Assembly: GCA_964539075.1 (NCBI GenBank)
Contig: CAZIFU010000287.1
Coordinates: forward strand, 15,134-79,133
Source of the DNA: an uncultured Verrucomicrobiota bacterium
GTDB taxonomy: Bacteria; Verrucomicrobiota; Verrucomicrobiia; Limisphaerales; CAZIFU01
DNA: 64,000 nt
Direction: 5' to 3'
The notes below the pieces were generated by a model, which worked only from the letters and a program-made list of their open reading frames with translations, did no database searches and was not told the origin of the DNA. Positions 1 to 7,833 of this stretch are shown one piece after another (position 1 is the stretch's first letter; every line of letters begins with the position of its first letter). The translations under genes and the position numbers were made by a program.

Positions 1-1149
1 GCCGCCGCCGTTGCCAAGACCGGCATTCCGGTCTTCGCGCACAAAGGCGAATCACTCGAAGAATACTGGGACTTCACCCTCGCCGCGCTCACACATCCCG
101 GCAACAAAGGCCCGCAACTCATCGTGGACGATGGCGGCGACGCCACGCTCCTCATCCACAAAGGCTATGAACTGGAAAACGGTGACAACTGGATCAACAC
201 GCCCAGCGACAATCACGAAGTCGCCGTCATCAAGGCGTTGTTGAAAAAGGTCGCGAATGAACGCTCCGGCTTCTGGCACGAAGTCGTGAAGGATTGGAAA
301 GGTGTTTCCGAAGAAACCACCACCGGTGTGCATCGCCTCTACCAGATGCTGGAGCGGGGCAAACTTCTCGTGCCCGCCATCAACGTCAACGACTCCGTCA
401 CCAAGTCCAAGTTCGACAACCTCTACGGCTGCCGCGAATCGCTCGCCGACGGCATCAAACGCGCCACCGACGTGATGATCGCCGGCAAGGTCGCGGTCGT
501 CGCGGGCTACGGCGACGTCGGCAAGGGCTGCGCGCATTCGCTCCGCGGATTTGGCGCACGCGTCATCGTCACCGAGATTGACCCCATCAACGCGCTGCAA
601 GCCGCGATGGAAGGTTTTGAAGTCACCACGCTCGAAGACACGCTCGGCATCGGCGACATCTACGTGACGACCACCGGCAATTGCGACGTCATCACGCTCG
701 ATCACATCCTCAAGATGAAGGATCAGGCCATCGTTTGTAACATTGGCCACTTCGACAACGAGATCCAGGTGGAAAAGCTCAACACGCTGAAAGGCGTGAA
801 GAAAATCAACGTCAAGCCGCAGTACGACAAATACGCACTGCCCAACGGCCGCACGATTTATCTGCTCGCCGAAGGCCGCCTCGTGAACCTCGGCTGCGCC
901 ACCGGCCATCCGAGCTTCGTGATGAGCAACAGCTTCACGAACCAGTGCCTCGCGCAACTCGACCTCTGGGCCAAACGCGACACCAACAAGATCGGCGTCT
1001 ATCGTCTGCCCAAGAAGCTGGATGAAGAAGTCGCCCGCCTGCACTTGGATCGCATCGGCGTGAAGCTGACCAAGCTCACGAAGAAACAGGCCGATTACCT
1101 CGGCGTGCCGCCCGATGGCCCATACAAGCCGGAGCACTATCGGTATTGA
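1..1149 (+). CDS. ahcY: S-adenosyl-L-homocysteine hydrolase (5' end outside window)
   Basis: Frame open from base 1; motifs [50 protein letters not shown]-terminal KPEHYRY. Confidence 0.97.
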   Translation, partial: AAAVAKTGIPVFAHKGESLEEYWDFTLAALTHPGNKGPQLIVDDGGDATLLIHKGYELENGDNWINTPSDNHEVAVIKALLKKVANERSGFWHEVVKDWKGVSEETTTGVHRLYQMLERGKLLVPAINVNDSVTKSKFDNLYGCRESLADGIKRATDVMIAGKVAVVAGYGDVGKGCAHSLRGFGARVIVTEIDPINALQAAMEGFEVTTLEDTLGIGDIYVTTTGNCDVITLDHILKMKDQAIVCNIGHFDNEIQVEKLNTLKGVKKINVKPQYDKYALPNGRTIYLLAEGRLVNLGCATGHPSFVMSNSFTNQCLAQLDLWAKRDTNKIGVYRLPKKLDEEVARLHLDRIGVKLTKLTKKQADYLGVPPDGPYKPEHYRY

Positions 1150-1157
1150 AAATCAGG

Positions 1158-1186
1158 TTGTTTGAATCCGCCGCGTGTGTCATTGT
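1158..1186 (+). promoter_or_regulatory. Putative sigma70 promoter of cassette 1
   Basis: TTGTTT-17 nt-CATTGT with extended TG, ATG 6 nt downstream at 1193. Confidence 0.45.
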
Positions 1187-1192
1187 CATCCC

Positions 1193-1366
1193 ATGAACAG
1201 AGCAATCGTCACCAAGATGTACGGCGCAAAAGAGATTGAAGCGGAAGTCCGCCAAATGCGCCGGACAGCGAAGCGGATACTCGCGTCGAAAAGCGCGACG
1301 CGACGATTCCTTGCGGCCACCGGGATGTACACGCTGAAAGGCGAATTGAAGCCTCAATTCCGCTGA
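1193..1366 (+). CDS. Small basic protein (57 aa), candidate antitoxin
   Basis: ORF with TGATG overlap onto the next gene; start chosen from promoter geometry. Confidence 0.6.
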   Translation: MNRAIVTKMYGAKEIEAEVRQMRRTAKRILASKSATRRFLAATGMYTLKGELKPQFR

Positions 1367-1935
1367 TGCCTTCGCAATCCCTCGCCATCGGCTACCATGG
1401 GTGCGACCGCAGGTTGGTCGAAAAAGTGGTGGCGGGAGCGGCGGAACTCAAGCCGAGTCAAAACGCCTGGGACTGGTTGGGCCACGGCATCTATTTCTGG
1501 GAGGATAGTCGGGCGCGAGCCTTGCGTTGGGCGGAAACCGAGGCCCAACGGCACGGCACCAAAATCAAAACTCCCGCCGTGCTTGGCGCGGTCATCCAAC
1601 TCGGCCATTGCCTCAACCTCACCGAAACCGAGTCGCTCTCCCTCGTCAAAGGCGCGCATGAATTTTATACCAGCGCGTGCGCTTCGACGGGTTCCCCCGC
1701 AGCGACCAATCGCGGCCCGGAACTGCGCGCGCGATTTCTCGACTGCGCGGTGGTCGAAACCCTTCATCAACTTCGCACGAAAGAAAGAAAACAACCGTTC
1801 GACACCGTGCGCGGCTTTTTCTTGGAAGGGCGTGCTTTGTATCCCGGCGCGGGCTTTCGCGAGTTGGATCACATTCAAATCTGCGTACGCTCGCCCAAGC
1901 AGATCATCGGCTACTTTCTGCCGCGAAACGGTTGA
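1366..1935 (+). CDS. Hypothetical protein, probable ADP-ribosyltransferase-like (DUF3990-like) fold, candidate toxin
   Basis: YHG, GxGIYFW, RAxxWA and HIQICV motifs spaced like the H-Y-E/Q triad of ART enzymes; family assignment is inference. Confidence 0.65.
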   Translation: MPSQSLAIGYHGCDRRLVEKVVAGAAELKPSQNAWDWLGHGIYFWEDSRARALRWAETEAQRHGTKIKTPAVLGAVIQLGHCLNLTETESLSLVKGAHEFYTSACASTGSPAATNRGPELRARFLDCAVVETLHQLRTKERKQPFDTVRGFFLEGRALYPGAGFRELDHIQICVRSPKQIIGYFLPRNG

Positions 1936-1944
1936 ACGCATTGG

Positions 1945-2053
1945 GCACCTCGACCGCATTGGCGTGAAGCTGACCAGGCTCACGAAGAAACAAGCCGACT
2001 ACCTCGGCGTGCCGCCCGAAGGACCTTACAAGTCGGAGCACTACCGGTATTGA
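1945..2053 (+). pseudogene. Duplicated 3' end of ahcY (109 bp)
   Basis: Aligns to 1041-1149 with 12 mismatches, 9 synonymous; encodes [35 protein letters not shown]. Confidence 0.95.
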
Positions 2054-2223
2054 TTACCGTGGCTGCGCTCGTGAGAGCGCGGCTGAAATTGGCCTTGTTC
2101 TCAAGAACACCACGAACATTCAATGGCGAGCGGAGATCCCTTTCGCCTTTCTGCTTTCAACCGTGAAATTTGCTGTACACGCCAAATTTGTCGCCGCCAA
2201 AGAATGCAAAAGCCGCAAAGATT

Positions 2224-2263
2224 TCTCCCTGTCCGTCTCGAACGGCGAGAGGGCCGGGGTGAG
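2224..2263 (-). repeat. CCCTCACCCC-family palindromic repeat
   Basis: cctcaccccggccctctcg...agggaga; same family near 3997, 5846, 6184, 13735, 34382, 34505, 38985, 60500. Confidence 0.7.
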
Positions 2264-2272
2264 GTTTCGAAA

Positions 2273-2764
2273 TCAACTTAACCCCTGCTGAATCCGCCGC
2301 ATGAGCCGCGGCTCATTCTTCTTCGCAAGCTCATGTTCCCACACGCGCAACACAAGCCAGCCAGCGCCCTGCAACGTGCGCGTCACAAGCGCATCGCGCG
2401 CGATGTTGCCCGCCAGCTTCCGCCGCCAGAAAGCGCGATTGTTCTGCGGCTTCGTCGCGTGCTTCGGACAGCCGTGCCAGAAACAACCGTCCACAAAGAG
2501 TGCGAGCCGCACCTGCCTGAAAACGAAATCGGGGCGCACGGTGAATGGCGGGAAAAACTTCCAACGTCCAACGCTCAACTTTGAACGTTCAATGTTGGAA
2601 GTTGGACGTTGAACGTTTATTCGGATGACCACCTGTCGTCTCCATCCTGAAATCCGGTTCGCGCGCAACACCCGCGCCAGCACCAGTTCCGTGTCCTTGT
2701 TCCCGCGCCCGCGTATGCTCGACATCACCTCCGACCGCTTGGATTTGGAAAAGACATCAGTCAT
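2273..2764 (-). CDS. vsr: Very short patch repair endonuclease with in-frame heptamer-repeat insert
   Basis: MTDVFSKSKRSEVMSSIR, PDFVF, FVDGCFWHGCP, FWRRKL, LRVWEH; insert at about 2558-2617. Confidence 0.9.
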   Translation of the reverse strand: MTDVFSKSKRSEVMSSIRGRGNKDTELVLARVLRANRISGWRRQVVIRINVQRPTSNIERSKLSVGRWKFFPPFTVRPDFVFRQVRLALFVDGCFWHGCPKHATKPQNNRAFWRRKLAGNIARDALVTRTLQGAGWLVLRVWEHELAKKNEPRLMRRIQQGLS

Positions 2765-2775
2765 GAACAAAAATC

Positions 2776-2891
2776 TTTGACGCTAATTTCGCCAATTGTC
2801 GCCAATTCAGATTCGCGCTAATTCGCGCAATTCGCGTCTGAAAACGTCAGCCATTTGTTTTTAACCGCAGATTACGCGGATGAACGCGGAT
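2776..2891. repeat. Degenerate 9-mer-like tandem repeats
   Basis: cgctaattt/cgccaattg/cgccaattc, cgctaattc/cgcaattcg, gattacgcg/gatgaacgcggat; similar tracts at 3938-3970, 4074-4140, 12023-12065. Confidence 0.55.
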
Positions 2892-2929
2892 GCGAAAGGA
2901 GCGCGACCTTCAGGTCGCTTCAACTGTCG

Positions 2930-3187
2930 AACCTCGGCTTTGACATTAAATCTTTCGAGACCGACGGACACGACCGACTGATCGAAGTGAAGACGACTCG
3001 CTTTGGTTCATTGACCCCATTCTTTGCTTCCAAGAATGAAGTGCAAGTTTCCGAAGCGCACGAGGCTGAGTACCAACTTTACCGTCTGTTCAATTTTACC
3101 AGGCAACCGAGACTTTTTGCTTTGCCGGGTTCTCTTCGCAATACCTGTTCCCTTGATCCGATTCAGTTTTCTGCCCTGCCGCGCTGA
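2930..3187 (+). pseudogene. C-terminal fragment of a DUF3883/NO VEIN-C (PD-(D/E)XK-like) protein
   Basis: LGFDIKSFETDGHDRLIEVKTT...FFASKNEV...YQLYRLFNF; N-terminal part replaced by repeats. Confidence 0.6.
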
Positions 3188-3191
3188 ATAG

Positions 3192-3593
3192 CTATTTCAA
3201 CCAGTTGATTTTGATTTCCTTTTCCAGCGGTTTGAAGTCGGTGTCGGCGGTGACGAGTTCGGCTTTTTTGCTTTTGGCTAGCGCGGCGGCAAAAGCATCA
3301 GCCAGGCCGAGGTCGTGCGCGGTTTTCAATTGCGCGGCTGACTCGGCCAGGTCGCGGTCGAGCGGCGCAACGTCCAGTGGCATCGAGTGTTCAAACCGGC
3401 GCGCGGTTTCCCAGCCTTCCTTGCCGTGCTTGTTTTGCATCTTGTAAAGCACTTCCGCCCAGTTGACGGCGCTGATGAGCATGGGCTTGTCGGCGTCGGC
3501 GGCTTTGTGGAAAAGGTCGCGCACCTGTTCCATGCCCGGTTGCCCGAAGAACATGGCCAGCAGCGCCGAGGCGTCGAGAACGGTGGTCTTCAC
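3192..3593 (-). CDS. vapC: PIN-domain VapC toxin
   Basis: VLDASAL, SAVNWAEV, LGLADAF, LVTAD acidic PIN motifs; overlaps upstream antitoxin by 4 nt. Confidence 0.92.
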   Translation of the reverse strand: MKTTVLDASALLAMFFGQPGMEQVRDLFHKAADADKPMLISAVNWAEVLYKMQNKHGKEGWETARRFEHSMPLDVAPLDRDLAESAAQLKTAHDLGLADAFAAALAKSKKAELVTADTDFKPLEKEIKINWLK

Positions 3594-3856
3594 TTGCGGT
3601 TTTCCCGGTCGCGTTCGGCGCGGCGTTCCTCCAGATGCTCCTGCACGACGGATTTTTCGCCGGGCTTCTGTTTGAAGATGCCGCAGAAGGAATCAATGTA
3701 TTCGCGCGTGACGGGCTGGAAGATGATGCGATCACCTTCCTCCACAAAATTGATGCGCGTGCCGGGCTTGATGCCGAACCGGCGGCGGATGGACGAAGGG
3801 ACCACCAACTGGCCTTTGGATGTGACGTAGGCCGAATTCATAACATATTCTTTCAT
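3590..3856 (-). CDS. AbrB/MazE/SpoVT-family antitoxin
   Basis: VTSKGQLVVPSSIRRRFGIKPG swapped-hairpin signature; start at 3856 or 3841. Confidence 0.9.
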   Translation of the reverse strand: MKEYVMNSAYVTSKGQLVVPSSIRRRFGIKPGTRINFVEEGDRIIFQPVTREYIDSFCGIFKQKPGEKSVVQEHLEERRAERDRENRK

Positions 3857-3864
3857 TCGGCCAA

Positions 3865-3893
3865 AGTCTGGCATAGCCAATAATGTAAGGCAA
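3865..3893 (-). promoter_or_regulatory. Putative sigma70 promoter of the AbrB-VapC operon
   Basis: TTGCCT-17 nt-CAGACT with extended TG, 8 nt before ATG 3856. Confidence 0.45.
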
Positions 3894-3937
3894 GAAGTAT
3901 TTTGTAAGACATAAGCACAATGCCTGTTTTGCGTTTG

Positions 3938-4140
3938 AATCAGCGAGTATTAGCGTAAATCAGCGGTTAAACAGATTTCAACACCTCACCAATGCCCTCA
4001 CCCCCAGCCCCCCTCCCATCCGATGGGCGAGGGTGGCGTCAGAGTCTGCCCGATCGAGGCGGAGAGGGAGATGGCTTTTGTGTTCCTTGTGTTCTTTCGC
4101 GGCGATTTCATCCGTGTCCATCGGTGCTCATCCCGTGGTT
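3938..4140. repeat. Cluster of 9-mer-type and CCCTCACCCC-type repeats
   Basis: atcagcgag/attagcgta/atcagcggt; ccctcacccccagccccctccc...gagggaga; tgtgttcct/tgtgttctt. Confidence 0.55.
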
Positions 4141-4166
4141 GAAATGCATAATCAAGGCTAAAGAGC

Positions 4167-4195
4167 TTGACGACGGCGGCGAACGAACCTATCAC
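4167..4195 (+). promoter_or_regulatory. Putative sigma70 promoter
   Basis: TTGACG-17 nt-TATCAC, ATG 6 nt downstream at 4202. Confidence 0.55.
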
Positions 4196-4239
4196 CGCAG
4201 CATGGCCCGTGGAACGTCGCCGCCACGGGCGACACGAAA

Positions 4240-5802
4240 ATGAACGCTCCACACACCCGTCGTGAATTCCTGGCGGATGTCGGCCGCGGCATGTTGGTCG
4301 CCAGCGTCGGCCATGGCATGGCGACCGAACTCGGACTCGCGCCCGCTTTCGCCGCCGAGGCGGCCGACTCACTCGACTTCGGCCCGCTCGAACCGCTCGT
4401 GCGTCTCATGCAGGAGACGCCCGTCAACCGGCTCCTGCCCGCGCTGGCCGGCCAGCTCAAATCCGGCACCGACCTCCGCCGGTTGGTCGCCGCTGCTGCG
4501 CTCGCCAACGCCCGCACTTTCGGAGGTGAAGACTACGTCGGCTTCCACACGATGATGGCGCTCGCGCCGTCGCTGCACATGGCCCACGAACTTCCCGACG
4601 CGCTCCAGCCACTGCCCGTCTTCAAAGTCCTTTACCGAAACACCAATCGCATCCAGGAACGGGGCGGGCGCAACGAGGAGGTCCTGCACGCGGTCAAACC
4701 CGCGACGCTCTCCGAGGGTCTCCCCGGCGGTGAACTTCTCCGCGACGCCGTCCACCGCAACGATGTGAACGAGGCCGAGCAAACCTTCGCCACGCTCGCG
4801 CAACGCAGCGCCGATGACGCCCTCAATCACCTCCTCCACACCGTGCAGGACCAGACCGAAGTCCACCGTGTCGTCCTGCCTTATCGCGCCTGGGATTTGC
4901 TCGACCTCATCGGCAAGGAGCAAGCCCACACGCTGCTCCGCCAATCTGTCCGCTACTGCGTGAAGGCCGAGTCGTGGCAACACACCGCTGCCTTGGACGA
5001 GCCGCGTACGCTCCTGCCGAAATTGCTCGAACGGCACAATCTTCTCGCCCGCGCGCCCGGCACCCGCGCCGTGGAAGACGAGTGGGTCGAGGAACTCAGC
5101 CAGACCATTTTCAAATCCACGCCCGAACAAGCCGCCGAAACCGCCGCCGCCGCGCTCGCCGAGGGTGTTGCGCCCGCCGCCGTCGGTGAAGCCATTTCGC
5201 TCGCGGCCAACCAACTTGTCCTCCGCGACACGGGCCGGACGCCGCGCGACGAAGTGGCCGGCAAACCGCCCGGCAGCGTTCACGGCGACAGCATCGGCGT
5301 TCACGCCAGCGATTCCGCGTGCGCCTGGCGCAACCTCGCCCGCGTGAGCAACGCCCGAAACACCTTTGCCTGCCTTATTCTCGGCGCGTATCAAGTTGCC
5401 CTCGACCGCACCGCGCGCGGCGGTGATTTCTTGAACTGGCCGCCGCTGCCGGTGAAGGGGCATCTCGGCCAGATCAAATCCACCGAGGCCGGCGCGCTGC
5501 TGCGCGAAGCCGATGAAGCCATCCGCCAAAACCTCCAGGGCCACGCCGCCGCCGTCATCCACCGCTATGGTGAACTCGGCCACTCCCCACGTCCGGTGTT
5601 CGACCTGCTGTTGCGCTACGCCGTGAGCGAAGACGGCGCGCTTCACGCCGAGAAATACTACCGCACCGTGACCGAAGAATTCGCCGCGCTGCGCCCGGCG
5701 TTCCGCTGGCGTCAACTGGTGGCGCTCGCCCGCGTCACCGCCAGCGAATACGGCCGGCCCGCGCCGGGGATGGCGGAGGCAAGAGTGGTTTTGAAGGTTT
5801 AA
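4240..5802 (+). CDS. Hypothetical protein with twin-arginine-like N-terminus
   Basis: 520-aa ORF with host-like codon usage; TRREFL motif; His-rich motifs (GFHTMM, VHGDSIGVHASD, LHAEKYY). Confidence 0.8.
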   Translation: MNAPHTRREFLADVGRGMLVASVGHGMATELGLAPAFAAEAADSLDFGPLEPLVRLMQETPVNRLLPALAGQLKSGTDLRRLVAAAALANARTFGGEDYVGFHTMMALAPSLHMAHELPDALQPLPVFKVLYRNTNRIQERGGRNEEVLHAVKPATLSEGLPGGELLRDAVHRNDVNEAEQTFATLAQRSADDALNHLLHTVQDQTEVHRVVLPYRAWDLLDLIGKEQAHTLLRQSVRYCVKAESWQHTAALDEPRTLLPKLLERHNLLARAPGTRAVEDEWVEELSQTIFKSTPEQAAETAAAALAEGVAPAAVGEAISLAANQLVLRDTGRTPRDEVAGKPPGSVHGDSIGVHASDSACAWRNLARVSNARNTFACLILGAYQVALDRTARGGDFLNWPPLPVKGHLGQIKSTEAGALLREADEAIRQNLQGHAAAVIHRYGELGHSPRPVFDLLLRYAVSEDGALHAEKYYRTVTEEFAALRPAFRWRQLVALARVTASEYGRPAPGMAEARVVLKV

Positions 5803-5845
5803 GATCGGGTTGGAATGAGAATCGGCACATTGGGCACAGGAAATT

Positions 5846-6195
5846 CCCTCACCCCGGCCCTACCCATGAACCTCGCTGGCTGCGCAACGATGCGGCAAGG
5901 AGGCGGGTGATCGAAGTCGCGAAGCGCTTGGAGTGCGCCGGCCCCAGCCGGCGCTTTCCACATCATCAACAGCGCCGACTCGCGTCGGCGCACTCTCCCG
6001 CCTTGCGGGACTGACGCGCGGGCGAAGGCTCCATCCGGTTCAGGGGCACAATTCGTGAACTTCGATTCATGGAATTTCCCCCTGAGGGAGAGGGGGAATC
6101 TTGGCCAGCGTGTTCGCAATCCGAGCGCGCCCGGGTTGGTGTAGGACTGGATACCGTTCTCCCTCTCCCCCTGGGAAAGGATTGGGGTGAGGGCA
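5846..6195. repeat. Nested repeat cluster
   Basis: CCCTCACCCC element interrupted by a CCCATGAACC...GGTTCAGGGG shell (5863-6046) that contains a TTGGAGTGCG-type hairpin pair. Confidence 0.65.
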
Positions 6196-6289
6196 CCGCT
6201 TTATCGTTTGTCCCGATTATTACTGGGAAATGGTATGACTCGACCACGTTCCACCGCGTCCGACGGGCGTTTCGCCAACCAGGGAACCT

Positions 6290-7663
6290 TCAATACTCCC
6301 GATGCTTTTTGATGCCCGGCTGCGGGATGGGATACTTGCCGTCGGCGTCGGCGGGCAGCGGCGAGGGTGAATTCATCGTCAGCTTGTCCACGTCCGGCGC
6401 ATACTCGTGCTCGTGGTTGAGCATCTCCTCGAACGTGATCTCCTGGCCGGTGTGCGCCGCCATGCGGCCCATGGAAGTCACGAGGCTGGCTTCGACGCCG
6501 CGTTTGACTTCGTTGTAAGGCTTGTCGTCGCGAATGGCATCGAGAAGATCGTGCCATTCGTTGCTGTAGGGATCCGCCTCGCCCGGTTTGACATCGGAAG
6601 TCCAGATCAGCTTGTCGCGCTGCGGAGACAGGCCTTTGTAGGTGCTCGAAGGCAATCCGCAGTCGTTATGCGCCGAGGCGATCGCCATGCCTTTGGTGCC
6701 ATGCACGTAGCTGGAGTAAATCGGCAGGGCACCCACCATGCAGCGGCCGTCCATGAGGAACTTGGAGCCGTCGGCGAACGTGTATTCCACTGAATAGCTG
6801 TCGAAGTTCTGGTCAATGTCGTTGCCGCGATAATGCCGGCCGCCGATCGCCTGGGCCTTGACCGGCCAGGCGTTCTTCATCCAGCAGAGATGATCAATGT
6901 GGTGGATGTAGAAGTCGCTGAACCCCCCGCCGCTCGCCCAGAGGAAGCTGTGGAAACGTGAAATCTGCCACAACAATTCACTGGGTTGGCCGGGCCATTT
7001 TTCCGAGAATGCCGACCCGATCGGTCCCTGCATCCGGTAACCGCGCATGAGAACGATGTCGCCGATTTCGCCGTCCTGAATGCGGTGCTGCAGTTCCTGG
7101 AGCGCGCGGCTGTGACGTGACATCAAGCCCACGCCGACTTTCAAGTTCTTCGCCGAGGCCTCCTCCGCGAGCTTGAGCATGCGGCGCGAAGTCGGGCCGT
7201 CCGCCGTCAGCGGCTTTTCCATGAAGACGTTCAGGCCCTTTTGGATGGCGTAAGTAAAATGCACCCAGCGAAACGCCAGCGGCGTCGTGAAGATGACGAT
7301 GTCGCCCTTCTTGAGGCAATCCACCGCCTTCTGGTAACCGTCGAAGCCGATAAACTGGCGGTCTTCGGGCACGTCCACCTGTTTTTCGAATTTTTCCGTC
7401 AACGCGTGGTGGCTGCCCTTGAGCTTGTGCTCGAAGACATCGGCCATGGCGACGAGTTTGGGCGGGCCGCTGCAGGCCAGCGCGTTGGCGGCGGCGCCGG
7501 TGCCGCGGCCGCCGCAACCCACCAGCGCCAACTGGATATTGTCGCTCCCGACGGCGTGGACGTGCGGGAGGGCCACGCCGGCCAGGGCTGACGCGGCGGC
7601 GAGGCGGGTGCTGTTCTTCAGAAATTCGCGGCGTGAGGTGAGCAGGTTTTGGTTTTCGTTCAT
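6290..7663 (-). CDS. Tat-exported Gfo/Idh/MocA oxidoreductase
   Basis: SRREFL signal, ALVGCGGRGTGA, FMEKP motif. Confidence 0.9.
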   Translation of the reverse strand: MNENQNLLTSRREFLKNSTRLAAASALAGVALPHVHAVGSDNIQLALVGCGGRGTGAAANALACSGPPKLVAMADVFEHKLKGSHHALTEKFEKQVDVPEDRQFIGFDGYQKAVDCLKKGDIVIFTTPLAFRWVHFTYAIQKGLNVFMEKPLTADGPTSRRMLKLAEEASAKNLKVGVGLMSRHSRALQELQHRIQDGEIGDIVLMRGYRMQGPIGSAFSEKWPGQPSELLWQISRFHSFLWASGGGFSDFYIHHIDHLCWMKNAWPVKAQAIGGRHYRGNDIDQNFDSYSVEYTFADGSKFLMDGRCMVGALPIYSSYVHGTKGMAIASAHNDCGLPSSTYKGLSPQRDKLIWTSDVKPGEADPYSNEWHDLLDAIRDDKPYNEVKRGVEASLVTSMGRMAAHTGQEITFEEMLNHEHEYAPDVDKLTMNSPSPLPADADGKYPIPQPGIKKHREY

Positions 7664-7717
7664 AAAGCCATCTTCCTGACGTTCGCGAACCGATGTCAAT
7701 TCAAGAAGTCAGCCCGG

Positions 7718-7807
7718 TTTGGAGTTCACGCTTTAGCGTGTCTGCGCCGTTTGGAGTTCACGCTTTAGCGTGTCTGCGCTGACAGCCTAAAGGCTGGACT
7801 CCAAACT
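7718..7807. repeat. GGAGT-type REP-like hairpin with tandemly duplicated left arm
   Basis: tttggagttcacgctttagcgtgtctgcgc occurs twice, then acagcctaaaggctggactccaaac. Confidence 0.75.
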
Positions 7808-7833
7808 CCGGACATTCACGAACTGCTCCGCAC

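Noticed and set aside
1397-2053. 218-aa ORF overlapping the ART-like gene and ending in the AhcY C-terminus
   Set aside because: Shadow frame that runs by chance into the duplicated ahcY end; the N-terminal part has no protein-like motifs.
5799-6247. Short ORFs in repeat clusters (also 38881-39727, 42075-42311, 44144-44413, 57168-57446)
   Set aside because: Translations of repeats that happen to lack stop codons; no independent coding evidence.
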